Shown here one piece after another: positions 50,142-59,401 of a stretch of DNA of 62,441 nucleotides; position 1 is the stretch's first letter; the number at the start of each line of letters is the position of its first letter. The translations under genes were made by a program, and so were the position numbers. Origin of the DNA: an uncultured Collinsella sp. Its GTDB lineage: Bacteria; Actinomycetota; Coriobacteriia; Coriobacteriales; Coriobacteriaceae. Under the pieces are notes generated by a model. The model was given only the letters and a program-made list of their open reading frames with translations. It searched no databases and was not told the origin of the DNA. The DNA is taken from assembly GCA_965141565.1 (NCBI GenBank), contig CBCSNQ010000001.1, positions 1-62,441 on the forward strand, written 5' to 3'.

Positions 50142-51080
50142 CTACTTTGCGCTGGTGAGGACACCAGTGGTGTCGAAGGCCGGGGTGAAGCTCTCGTCTA
50201 CCGCGCCGCCCTCTTGCCAGAACATCGTCGTAAAGCCCAGGTCGTCGGCATGGTCGAGCACCTGCTCGTACTCCTCGCGCGTCACGGCGCGCGCCAGGTC
50301 GCCGCCTTGTTCGCGCATGAGGGCATTAGGCGTGTATTGGTTCATGACCGAGATCGGCACGTCGCCCACCGTCTGCCACACCAGGTCTAGCACACGGCAC
50401 GAGTCATCCGCATGCCCCGGCAGCACCAGGTGGCGCACGATGATGCCGCGCTTCATGAGCCCGCCCTCATCCACCAGCTCTCCCCCGCGGCGATCGATCT
50501 CGCGCGCCATCTGGGCCAGACCCGACACGGCCACGCGCGGGTAGTCCTTAATATGAGAAAGCGACTGCGCAAGCCCGGCATCGGCATATTTAAAGTCAGT
50601 GAGCCACACATCGACCAGGTCGCCCAGCGCCGCCACGGCACTCGCGCGCTCATAACCGCTCGTGTTGTAGACGATTGGGATGACCAGCCCGCGCGCCCGT
50701 GCCGCGGCAATCGCGGCAGGCAACAGGTGCGCATAGTGCGTCGCCGTCACCAAATTGATGTTGTTGGCACCCTGGTCCTGCAGTTCCAGCATAATCTCGA
50801 CCAGGCGCTCAGGCGAAATCTCAAGGCCAAAATTGCCGGTCGAGATCTCGTGGTTCTGACAGTAGATACATTTAAGCGAACAGCCGCTAAAGAAGATCGT
50901 GCCCGAACCGGCCTCGCCCGAGATAGGCGGCTCCTCCCACATATGAAGCGCCGCGCGGGCCACCCTGAGCGTGTCGTTAGCACCGCATACGCCGCGCGCG
51001 CCCTCATCGCGCGCCGCACCGCAACGGCGCGGACACAAATGGCAGGCGGACGAAAAAAGTTCGGTCAACGACGTCGGCAT
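50142..51080 (-). CDS. radical SAM protein (PflX-like)
   Basis: CHLCPRRC, GSGTIFFSGCSLKCIYCQN, YNTSGYE, IVRHLVLPGH. Confidence 0.9.
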   Translation of the reverse strand: MPTSLTELFSSACHLCPRRCGAARDEGARGVCGANDTLRVARAALHMWEEPPISGEAGSGTIFFSGCSLKCIYCQNHEISTGNFGLEISPERLVEIMLELQDQGANNINLVTATHYAHLLPAAIAAARARGLVIPIVYNTSGYERASAVAALGDLVDVWLTDFKYADAGLAQSLSHIKDYPRVAVSGLAQMAREIDRRGGELVDEGGLMKRGIIVRHLVLPGHADDSCRVLDLVWQTVGDVPISVMNQYTPNALMREQGGDLARAVTREEYEQVLDHADDLGFTTMFWQEGGAVDESFTPAFDTTGVLTSAK

Positions 51081-51230
51081 AAAAACATGCTCCAAAACAA
51101 CGATTCAGCAGCTCAAACGTAAAGGGCCAGACCGCGTAGACGGCTCCGTCCCTAAGGCGCCGTAATCGTCCGACACGATTTTTGTAATGTCAAGACTGGA
51201 ATCGATAAAGTGCCGCTTTATGATGTAGGT

Positions 51231-51396
51231 ATTCCGCCCCCCGCGGAGCAACTGGGTGAACCGTCGCGTTTATTTAGGGAGCCCACACAGTCGTACCTAG
51301 TACAGGTATCCTTCGTTGTTAAGGACGCTGGAACAGTCGATGAGGGCACCCACCTGTTTTAGGTGGGTTCATTTTCGTAACGTGGGGGGTGGTTTT
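51231..51396 (+). ncRNA. ssrS: 6S RNA
   Basis: Closing stem ccgccccccgcg/cgtggggggtgg; tgaacc/ggttca; GGGAGCCC and GAGGGCACCCACCTG motifs as recalled for Bacillus-type 6S; TATGAT -10 at 51219. Confidence 0.8.
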
Positions 51397-51606
51397 CTTT
51401 TGCCGAAAATCACCATTACAGTCCATATGGATTCCCGCTGGCATCCCGACAAGCCATCGACAACATCCCAATATCTGGTAAGCGCGTGATTATCGCTGCG
51501 TGCAATTACATGCACCCCCCTTTGTCGAGTATTATGGTTCGGCTATGCCCTTTGCGCATGGCGTTCTTCTGACCTTTTCCTTCGACGCTTGGCGGTTTTT
51601 AGATTC

Positions 51607-52806
51607 ATGGCTTCATCCCCGAGCTACATACCGTACCTATGCGTGGCAGCGGCGGCCTTTATCACGACCTTCCTCACGGTCCCCCTGGTCAAGCGCCTGG
51701 CAATCAAGCTCGACGCCGTCGACTATCCTTCCAAGCGCCGCATCAACACGAAGCCCATCCCGCGCATGGGCGGCACGGCGGTCTTTTTGGGCCTCGTCGT
51801 CGCCTGCATTGTTCACATCCTAGGCACCTGGTACCTGGGCTGGCCGCCCGTTTTGGTGCCTCATCCCCTCTTGCACATCAGCTACCCCATACTTGCGCTT
51901 TCTTTTACCGTTATCTTTGCGACCGGCGCGATCGACGACGTCTTTCAGCTCAAGCCCAAGCAAAAGCTGGCCGGCCAGGTCCTCGCCGCGCTCATCGCCT
52001 GCGTGGGCGGCCTAAAAATCGGCGTCATCGTCAACCCGTTTGCCCCCGGCGAGATCATGCTCGGCTGGCTCGCTTACCCCATCACCGTGGTCTACCTGGT
52101 GGCGTTCACCAACATTATCAACCTCATCGACGGCCTTGACGGCCTGGCGACGGGTATCTGTGGCATCGCATCGTTCACGATGTTCTCGATGGCCGTTCTC
52201 TCGGGCCGCATCGATGCCGCCGCGCTCTCCATCGCGTTGTTTGGCGCCTGCTTGGCCTTTTTGCGGTACAACTTCAACCCCGCGAGTATCTTCTTGGGCG
52301 ACTCGGGTTCGCTGCTGCTGGGCTTTGCGCTCGGCTCCATATCGCTGCTCAACGTGAGCCGCACCGCCGCGCTCACATCGCTCATCATCCCGCTCATCGT
52401 GGCCGGCGTGCCCATCATCGACACGTTTAGCGCCATCGTGCGCCGCAAGCGCGCCCACATTAGCATTGGGCAGGCCGACAAGGGCCACATTCACCACCGC
52501 CTGATTCAAGAGGGTTACAACCAAAAGCAGGCCGTGCTGCTCATCTACGCCTGGTGCATCATGCTTTCGGCCGGCGCCGCCGCCATCAATCAGGTCGAGG
52601 TTCCCATGCGCGTGCTCATCTTTACCGTGCTCGCCATTGGCTCGGCGGCCTTCGCCAAGCACCTGCACCTGTTTGAGCCCGTGCTGCGCCACCATTACAA
52701 CAAGCGCACGCACGAAGACGAGCTGGTAACCCCCGACGACCCCGCCTTTAAGCAGGAGGAGCAGGCAGCCGAGGAACGTAAGGAAGAGCGCCACCACAAG
52801 CTCTAG
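51607..52806 (+). CDS. undecaprenyl-phosphate N-acetylglucosaminyl-1-phosphate transferase (WecA/TagO family)
   Basis: PIPRMGG, GAIDD, NIINLIDGLDGLA, IFLGDSGS, ADKGHIHHRL; start uncertain. Confidence 0.9.
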   Translation: MASSPSYIPYLCVAAAAFITTFLTVPLVKRLAIKLDAVDYPSKRRINTKPIPRMGGTAVFLGLVVACIVHILGTWYLGWPPVLVPHPLLHISYPILALSFTVIFATGAIDDVFQLKPKQKLAGQVLAALIACVGGLKIGVIVNPFAPGEIMLGWLAYPITVVYLVAFTNIINLIDGLDGLATGICGIASFTMFSMAVLSGRIDAAALSIALFGACLAFLRYNFNPASIFLGDSGSLLLGFALGSISLLNVSRTAALTSLIIPLIVAGVPIIDTFSAIVRRKRAHISIGQADKGHIHHRLIQEGYNQKQAVLLIYAWCIMLSAGAAAINQVEVPMRVLIFTVLAIGSAAFAKHLHLFEPVLRHHYNKRTHEDELVTPDDPAFKQEEQAAEERKEERHHKL

Positions 52807-52965
52807 GGTAAGCTGCCGAGGATGTGCCCAGGCACCGTTGGCCAAGCGCAGCCGCGCCGCGCCCATCGCGCAAGCCGCCTCTCTCCCGCCACTCGCCTGC
52901 TTACGCCCCGCCCCTCCAATAAACGCGTTATCATCTTGACCCATGAACATACGTTAGGAGCAATC

Positions 52966-54015
52966 ATGCCAAACGAGAACAGCTACGAAGTCGCGTTGCA
53001 AAAGAGCAACGCCATTCGCGAGGGCCTGGCAAAGACGCCCGAGAAGTTCACCATGCTTACCGGTGACCGCCCCACCGGCCGTCTGCACCTGGGCCACTAC
53101 TTTGGCACCCTCAAGGGCCGCGTTGAATTGCAGAACATGGGCGCCAAGACCAACGTGCTCATCGCCGACTACCAGGTCATCACCGACCGCGACACCACCG
53201 AGCACATCCAGGACAACGTGTACAACATGGTCATGGACTACCTTGCCTGCGGTATCGACCCCGACAAGACCATGATCTATGCGCACTCCGCCGTGCCCGC
53301 CGCCAACCAGCTCATGCTGCCGTTCCTGTCGCTGGTGTCCGAGGCCGAGCTGGCACGCAACCCCACCGTCAAGGCCGAGATGGAGGCCTCGGGCCATGAG
53401 CTTACCGGCCTTCTGCTCACCTACCCGGTGCACCAGGCCTGCGACATCCTGTTCTGCAAGGGCAACGTGGTGCCGGTCGGTCGCGACCAGCTGCCGCACA
53501 TCGAGCTCACCCGCACCATCGCCCGCCGCTTTAACAACCGCTACGGCAAGGTATTCCCCGAAGTCGACGCGCTGCTGTCCGAGACCCCGCTGCTGCCCGG
53601 CCTAGACGGTCGCAAGATGAGCAAGAGCTACGGCAACGCCATCAATATTTCGATGACCGCCGAGGAGACGGCCAAACGCATCAAGAAGAGCCAGACCGAC
53701 TCCGAGCGCATGATCACGTTCGATCCCGAGAACCGCCCCGGCGTGTCTGGCCTGCTTTCGACAGCCGCCATCTGCACCGGTCGCTCCGAGGTCGAGATTG
53801 CCGAGGAGATCGGCATGGGCGGCTCCGGCCAGCTCAAGAAGTACGTGACCGAGGCCGTCAACGAGTACTTCGCACCGATCCGCGAGCGTCGCCAGCGCTA
53901 CGAGAACGATCTGGACTATGTGAAGGACGTCCTGCATGAGGGCAACCGTCGCGCCAACGAGATTGCCGAGCAGACCCTGGCCGAGGTTCAGGACGCCATG
54001 GGCATGGTGTACTAG
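52966..54015 (+). CDS. trpS: tryptophan--tRNA ligase
   Basis: TGDRPTGRLHLGH, VPVGRDQLPH, KMSKS; AGGAG RBS. Confidence 0.97.
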   Translation: MPNENSYEVALQKSNAIREGLAKTPEKFTMLTGDRPTGRLHLGHYFGTLKGRVELQNMGAKTNVLIADYQVITDRDTTEHIQDNVYNMVMDYLACGIDPDKTMIYAHSAVPAANQLMLPFLSLVSEAELARNPTVKAEMEASGHELTGLLLTYPVHQACDILFCKGNVVPVGRDQLPHIELTRTIARRFNNRYGKVFPEVDALLSETPLLPGLDGRKMSKSYGNAINISMTAEETAKRIKKSQTDSERMITFDPENRPGVSGLLSTAAICTGRSEVEIAEEIGMGGSGQLKKYVTEAVNEYFAPIRERRQRYENDLDYVKDVLHEGNRRANEIAEQTLAEVQDAMGMVY

Positions 54016-54047
54016 ACCGATTTGCTGGTTTGAGCTTTCGATTGCTA

Positions 54048-54078
54048 TAGGGCGGGCGCTACGGCGTCCGCCCTTTTT
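54048..54078 (+). terminator. intrinsic terminator of trpS
   Basis: agggcgggcgc..gcgtccgccct followed by tttt. Confidence 0.75.
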
Positions 54079-54351
54079 GGTGCCCGACCTGTTCGGCTCC
54101 GCCCATCGCACTCCCCCGACAAACAGGAACAGGCCCGCCGGCAGTTAGTTGCCAGCGGGCCTGTTCCCGAAGTACACCGTTGAATCGCACAGAGGGGAGG
54201 AATGCGAATCAAACTCAACAGGGCAGGCTTTTTCATCGCCTATTGCCTGCTCCGTTGCTGAAACCAATATAGTTCACCGTGGTTTACTTTCTAGCATCAA
54301 TATGCGCCGCCATACCTTCTCCATAAGTTAGCTCCGGTAAACCTGCAACGG

Positions 54352-54392
54352 AAAACCGCCACGAAGGGGACAGGCACCTTTGTGGTGGTTTT
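54352..54392 (+). repeat. 41-bp palindromic REP-like element, copy 3
   Basis: aaaaccgccacgaagg-ggacaggca-cctttgtggtggtttt. Confidence 0.9.
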
Positions 54393-54408
54393 GGCCACGG
54401 CAGAGCCG

Positions 54409-54729
54409 CTAGAATCCGGCAGGCCAGCGACAGGCGGCCAAGTCGACGTGCATGTCGTCCTTAAACGCCACACCCTCCCCTAGCAAAAGCTCACGTTGAG
54501 CATCAGGGCCGCCAAAGGCAAAGCCTTCGCAAATGCGGCCGTCGGCAAACACCACACGATGGCAGGGAATCTGGCCGGGGCGCGGATTACTATGCAGGGC
54601 ATACCCCACGTACCGCGCACTTCGTGGGCGACCGGCGAGCAGCGCCACCTGACCGTAGGTGGCGACCATCCCCTCGGGAATCTGCTCGACCACCTCGTAC
54701 ACCCGTTCAAAAAAGCCCTCAGACGCCAT
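54409..54729 (-). CDS. MGMT/alkyltransferase family protein (single domain)
   Basis: IPEGMVATYGQVA...ARYVGYAL...IPCHRVV. Confidence 0.9.
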   Translation of the reverse strand: MASEGFFERVYEVVEQIPEGMVATYGQVALLAGRPRSARYVGYALHSNPRPGQIPCHRVVFADGRICEGFAFGGPDAQRELLLGEGVAFKDDMHVDLAACRWPAGF

Positions 54730-54755
54730 TGCTCGCTCCCTTCCACCCGGAAAAG

Positions 54756-54800
54756 CATAAACCACCACAAAGGTGCCTGCCCCCTTTGTGGTGGTTTATG
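54756..54800 (-). repeat. 41-bp palindromic REP-like element, copy 4 (core reversed, arms extended)
   Basis: cataaaccaccacaaagg-tgcctgccc-cctttgtggtggtttatg. Confidence 0.9.
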
Positions 54801-54809
54801 GCAGGTCGG

Positions 54810-55664
54810 TTAGTTGGCGGGCTGGAAGAAGGCTACGGCTACGGCGCCGGGGCCAACGTGGGTACCGATGGTGGCGCCGATGGTGTGAACGGGCAACTCG
54901 CCCTCGGTGTGGCCAGCCCACAGTGCCGCGCTGTCCTCGACATACTTCTTGAGCACCGCATCCGAAAGGCCTGTATAGCCCAGCGCCAGCGGCATGGAAA
55001 AGTCGATGCCGCCTGACTTTTCGACCTTTTGGTTCAGCAGGTTGCGGCCGTTCTTGGAACCGCGCGCCTTGCCCAGCTGCACGATAAGGCCGTCCTCGAC
55101 AGCCACCACGGGCTTCACGTTGAGCAGCGTGCCCACGGCGCCGGCCGCAGCAGATAGACGACCGCCGCGAACCAGGTACTCCAGCGTCTCGAGCAGGCCG
55201 ATGACGACCACGCGGTCACGGACGGCCTCGACGGCCGCCGCGATCTGGGCCGCACTACGGCCCTCGTCCACCAGGCGCAGGGCATACTCGACCAGGACAC
55301 GCTCACCCAGAGTGACGTTGTTGCTATCCACCACGTACACGTCGCCGCCCGGCGCCTCGGCAAGTGCGGTACGGGCACTCTGATTGGTGCCCGAAAGCTT
55401 AGCGCCCACGGTAATAATCACAGCCTCATCGCCGGCCTCACGCGCCTCGGCAATAGCCTGCGAAAACGCGTACGGGTTGACCTGGCCGGTCTTGGGCAGC
55501 TCATCGCGCTCCACGAGCATCTCGTAAAAGCGCTGGTGATCGATGTCGACACCATCCATGTACACATCGGTGCCAAAGGTGACGGACAGCGGCAGAACAC
55601 GCAGAGCGGGGTGCTCAGCCGGCGACATATCGCTCGCGGAATCGGTAATAATACGAATGGACAT
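54810..55664 (-). CDS. DegV family fatty-acid-binding protein
   Basis: IITDSASD, PKTGQ, LSGT, TLEYLVRGGR, IGTHVGPG. Confidence 0.93.
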   Translation of the reverse strand: MSIRIITDSASDMSPAEHPALRVLPLSVTFGTDVYMDGVDIDHQRFYEMLVERDELPKTGQVNPYAFSQAIAEAREAGDEAVIITVGAKLSGTNQSARTALAEAPGGDVYVVDSNNVTLGERVLVEYALRLVDEGRSAAQIAAAVEAVRDRVVVIGLLETLEYLVRGGRLSAAAGAVGTLLNVKPVVAVEDGLIVQLGKARGSKNGRNLLNQKVEKSGGIDFSMPLALGYTGLSDAVLKKYVEDSAALWAGHTEGELPVHTIGATIGTHVGPGAVAVAFFQPAN

Positions 55665-55783
55665 AGCGAATCCTTTCTTGCGCGGACCTCGCGCGGGGAA
55701 TTTTGACAGCAATGCCCCGGCACGGTATACGCGCTCAAACGGGACTATGCAGTTGTTAATTGGAAGCAAATGCCTTGGCGGCC

Positions 55784-56233
55784 TTAGATCTCGCGCAGGG
55801 TGTTGAGAATCGTGCGCAGCGACGCATACATCTGCTCGCGCTGCTCCACACCCATAGCCTTTCCGGTGGTATCGAGCACCTCGCGAATGATGCGGTCCGC
55901 CTCGCTCATGCTCTCGCCGCCCAGAGCGGTCAGGCGCACCGGAGCACGATACTTAACGGCGGCATCGCCCGAATCATCGACCTCGACGTAGCCACCCTCC
56001 TCCAGATGCGCGAGCGTACGCGAGACGGCGGCGCGGGTCACGCCTGCCATGCGAGCCAGGTCGGCGCCAGTCAGGCCGTCCTTGCTGCGCTCAAGATAGT
56101 ACAGGCACATAACGTCGGAGCCCTTGAGACCCAGCCTTGCGCCCTCAGACGTCTTAATGCGCTGGATCTCCTTGTAGAGTCCGCTGATCAGTCCGACAAA
56201 GTCCTCGAAACGTGTCTCGTCGCTCTGCTGCAT
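55784..56233 (-). CDS. MarR-family transcriptional regulator
   Basis: wHTH LTGADLARMAGVTRAAVSRTLAHLEEGGYV...LTALG; upstream of degV. Confidence 0.88.
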   Translation of the reverse strand: MQQSDETRFEDFVGLISGLYKEIQRIKTSEGARLGLKGSDVMCLYYLERSKDGLTGADLARMAGVTRAAVSRTLAHLEEGGYVEVDDSGDAAVKYRAPVRLTALGGESMSEADRIIREVLDTTGKAMGVEQREQMYASLRTILNTLREI

Positions 56234-56337
56234 GGGAGACGACCGCCTTTCGCTTGCATAATGCTAACGGGTAAACATCTTAGTCGCATAAGGCGACACC
56301 CGTACCCAAATACCCCATTTGTTAACCCATCAACATA

Positions 56338-56378
56338 AAAACCACCACAAAGGGGACAGGCACCTTTGTGGTGGTTTT
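56338..56378 (+). repeat. 41-bp palindromic REP-like element, copy 5
   Basis: aaaaccaccacaaagg-ggacaggca-cctttgtggtggtttt. Confidence 0.92.
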
Positions 56379-56406
56379 GACCGGCGAACATGATCCGCAG
56401 ACGCCG

Positions 56407-57126
56407 CTACAGCTCCACACAGGGATTGTCGCGGGTCACAAGCGTCTTAACGACAACCGTCGCTCCCAGATAACGCTCGAGCAACTCGGCGAGACGATCA
56501 ACGGCAGCCTGGCATTCCCCCATCCGCTCGGGCTCCACGCACTCAATCGCCAGGAACGCATCGGCCGAATCATCGGACAGGGCCGTTCGAACGCCGTCGC
56601 GCCAGTTCCAGCAGCGGCACACGGCGCCCGCATCATCGATGTAGGCGAGCTCGCCGGGCAGCGTCGGATCGTCCGTCTCCTCGCCAAGCGGCAAAAACGC
56701 ATCGCCACCGTCGGTCACCTTCAGGCGAAGGTCTCCCTCGATCGCATGCAGATCCTCGCCTCCCACGGGCAGCGCGTAGGTCAGCGACACCGTGTTGTAA
56801 ATATCCACCGCGGGCGTAATGTGGCCCACCGGCTTGCCTTTGAGCACGCGTTTGAGCAAGTTCTCGATCGAGCAGCGCGCGCCTTTCTTGGTCTTGAACA
56901 GACGATAGGCCTCGCGCCATGCCTTGACCGGTGCGTTCTCGCTGATAGTGTCGCTGGTCAGATGACGCTCCGCATCGATATTGGCGCGGTCGAGCAACGC
57001 CGCAATCGCATCCACGTCCTCTTGAGGAATCTGAGCCGTGGGCTTCATGCCCTCCACGACCACAACACCGACCGCTGCCTGCGGAAACAGCTCCCAGAAT
57101 GAATCCTCGGCAATAAAGCTCTTCAT
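56407..57126 (-). CDS. stand-alone B3/4 domain protein (candidate canavanyl-tRNA-Arg deacylase)
   Basis: WREAY..F, RCSIENLLKR, VDIYNTVSL, GGED, CRCWNWRD; AAGGGAG RBS. Confidence 0.88.
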   Translation of the reverse strand: MKSFIAEDSFWELFPQAAVGVVVVEGMKPTAQIPQEDVDAIAALLDRANIDAERHLTSDTISENAPVKAWREAYRLFKTKKGARCSIENLLKRVLKGKPVGHITPAVDIYNTVSLTYALPVGGEDLHAIEGDLRLKVTDGGDAFLPLGEETDDPTLPGELAYIDDAGAVCRCWNWRDGVRTALSDDSADAFLAIECVEPERMGECQAAVDRLAELLERYLGATVVVKTLVTRDNPCVEL

Positions 57127-57166
57127 ACGCTCTCCCTTCATTGTGCGCGCCCGAGCGAGGGCGCCT

Positions 57167-57262
57167 AAACAAAAAGCGCCCTTACAACGGCCACCTTCAA
57201 AGTCCTACGGTGCCGTCACAAGAACGCTTGCGCTGTCCCCATCCGGAGAAGGGGACGATATG
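57167..57262 (-). promoter_or_regulatory. probable guanidine-IV riboswitch
   Basis: P1 gtcccc/ggggac with loop UUCUCCGGAU; long terminator hairpin containing GUAGGA followed by UUUUU; TACAAT -10 at 57271-57276; B3/4 gene downstream. Confidence 0.65.
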
Positions 57263-57297
57263 TCAGGCGTATTGTAACCCGAGTCATCCACGCGAGC

Positions 57298-57334
57298 AAA
57301 ACCACCACAAAGGTGCCTGTCCCCTTTGTGGTGG
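57298..57334 (-). repeat. 41-bp palindromic REP-like element, copy 6 (core reversed, one arm truncated)
   Basis: aaaaccaccacaaagg-tgcctgtcc-cctttgtggtgg. Confidence 0.9.
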
Positions 57335-57353
57335 ATATGGACTCACGGCGACG

Positions 57354-59024
57354 CTAGTGGCGGAGTCCCAGCAGGCCGCGGCCGCGATGACGGGCCTCGG
57401 CGGACACCTGGGCGTGCGGGCCGGCGGCTTTGACGGACTCGGGCAGGTGAGAGTACTTCTTCTCGAAGTTCTCCTCAAACATCACCGCCAGGTTGTGCGC
57501 GGCCTCGTCGTAGCGCGCGGTGCTCTGCCAGTATTGGCGCGGCACCAGGATGCCATCGGGCACGCCGTGGCACGTCGTGGGAATGTCGACGTTAAAGATG
57601 TCGTCGTGAACGAACTCGCTGTCCTCGATGGTGCCGTCGAGGGCGCGCGCAACCAGCGAGCGCGTGTAGGCCAGCTCGATGCGATGACCCACGCCGTAGC
57701 CGCCGCCGATCCAGCCGGTGTTGACCAGGTAGACGCGCGTGCGGCCGTCGGCGATGCGCTCGCCGAGCATCTTGGCGTAAACCATGGGGTCGAGTGGCAT
57801 AAACGGCTCGCCGAACAGCGAAGAGAACGTGGGCGTGGGCTCGGTGACGCCGACCTCGGTGCCGGGAATCTTAGCCGTAAAGCCCGTCACAAAGTGGTAC
57901 ATGGCGGCGTCGGCCGTCAGACGCGAGATGGGCGGCAGCACGCCAAAAGCGTCGCAAGTCAGGAACAGCACGACACTCGGAGTGGTGCCCATGCCCTTAG
58001 TCCACGCGTTAGGAATGTGCTCCACGGGATAGGCCACGCGCGTGTTGTGCGTGATCGAGATGTCATCGTAGTTGGGCTTGCGGTTCTCGTCGAGCACCAC
58101 GTTTTCGCAGATCGCGCCAAAGCGGACGGCGTTGAAGATCTCGGGCTCGTGGAAGGCGTCCAGGCCCTCGCATTTGGCGTAGCAGCCACCCTCGATGTTG
58201 AAGATGCCCATGTCGGACCAACCGTGCTCGTCGTCGCCAATCAGCAGGCGCGTGGGATTGGCCGAAAGCGTGGTCTTGCCGGTGCCGGACAGACCAAAGA
58301 ACACGGCGGTCTCGTGCGTGACGGGATCCATGCTGGCCGAGCAGTGCATGGGCAGCACGTCGTCCTCGACGGGCAGCAGATAGTTCATGACGCTAAAGAT
58401 CGACTTTTTAATCTCGCCGGAGTAGCCGGTGCCGGCGACCAGAATCACGCGTTCCTGGAAGTTGATGACCACGGCAGCGCTGGAGTTGAGGCCCTTGATG
58501 GCGGGATCGCACTGGTAGCCAGGTGCGGCGAGCACGCAAAAGTCCGGCTCGCCGGTGCGCGCGATTTCGCGGGCAAGCGGGCGGGCGAGCATCTGCTTAA
58601 TAAAGAGCGCCTGGCTGGCACGCTCGCAGGCAACGAGCAATCGACGCGTGTGGTTGCGGTCGGCGCCTGCCATGCCGCGGGTGACGAACACGTCGCGCTC
58701 GTTGAGATAGTCGACGATGCCGGCCTTGATGGCCTCATAGCTCTCGACGGACAGCGGGCGATTGACGGCGCCCCAGGCAATCTTGTCGTGAACATCGGGG
58801 GTGTCAACGATAAAGCGATCGTTGGGAGAACGACCAGTGCGCTCCCCCGTCTCAATCACCAGCGCGCCGTTGGATGCCATGCGGCCTTCTTCGCGGCGGA
58901 TAGCGTGCTCGACGAGCTCCGCGGCGGGTAGATCGACCAGCAGACGGGGCTGATTCTCGGCGGGATCTTCAACGAGCGTAATACCAAAGTTGGACAAAAC
59001 TTCTGCAGGGGTAACACCAGGCAT
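57354..59024 (-). CDS. pckA: phosphoenolpyruvate carboxykinase (ATP)
   Basis: TGRSPNDRF, YSGEIKK, FFGLSGTGKTTLS, LIGDDEHGW, NIEGGCYAK; AGGAGG RBS. Confidence 0.97.
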   Translation of the reverse strand: MPGVTPAEVLSNFGITLVEDPAENQPRLLVDLPAAELVEHAIRREEGRMASNGALVIETGERTGRSPNDRFIVDTPDVHDKIAWGAVNRPLSVESYEAIKAGIVDYLNERDVFVTRGMAGADRNHTRRLLVACERASQALFIKQMLARPLAREIARTGEPDFCVLAAPGYQCDPAIKGLNSSAAVVINFQERVILVAGTGYSGEIKKSIFSVMNYLLPVEDDVLPMHCSASMDPVTHETAVFFGLSGTGKTTLSANPTRLLIGDDEHGWSDMGIFNIEGGCYAKCEGLDAFHEPEIFNAVRFGAICENVVLDENRKPNYDDISITHNTRVAYPVEHIPNAWTKGMGTTPSVVLFLTCDAFGVLPPISRLTADAAMYHFVTGFTAKIPGTEVGVTEPTPTFSSLFGEPFMPLDPMVYAKMLGERIADGRTRVYLVNTGWIGGGYGVGHRIELAYTRSLVARALDGTIEDSEFVHDDIFNVDIPTTCHGVPDGILVPRQYWQSTARYDEAAHNLAVMFEENFEKKYSHLPESVKAAGPHAQVSAEARHRGRGLLGLRH

Positions 59025-59163
59025 GGGGCCTCCTTTAAAAACGCGACACATGGACGCGGCGCGCACTTTACTCACGTAAAGCCCGTTGTACCCGATATGC
59101 AAAAACGTTTTTGCGGCAAGGGTGGCAAGCCCGCCCAACGGTCAAAAATCGCAGGCAAGCGGC

Positions 59164-59302
59164 CTAGTCATTGGGGACGTTTTTAAACGACTAGTCATTG
59201 GGGACACTCTTGAACAGGCAATATTCAAGGAGTGTCCTCGGATGCCGGCACTTAGGGACGTTCCCAAAGTGCCGGCACATAAGGAACGTCCCTAAGTGCC
59301 GA
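59164..59302. repeat. cluster of about 5 GGGAC-core palindromic REP-like units
   Basis: ctagtcattggggacgtttttaaacgactag; ggggacactcttgaa...ttcaaggagtgtcctc; ccggcacttagggacgttcccaaagtgccgg; aaggaacgtccctaagtgccg. Confidence 0.8.
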
Positions 59303-59401
59303 CTACTGAATGGCGCCGCCATTTATTGAACAACCTGTTCAAAAACACGAATGGATACCACCGCGACTATACTAGAGCGCAGCAATAGAAAGGACCCCGC
59401 T

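Noticed and set aside
52807..52965. T-box leader for trpS (also sought upstream of argS)
   Set aside because: No T-box consensus or antiterminator structure is visible.
57127..57290. Lysine riboswitch or T-box upstream of the B3/4 gene
   Set aside because: Too short and lacks those consensus motifs; the guanidine-IV architecture fits better.
59164..59302. Possible CRISPR array (also considered for 20927-21001 and the 41-bp repeats)
   Set aside because: No regular repeat-spacer periodicity with unique 30-40-bp spacers, and no cas genes in the window.
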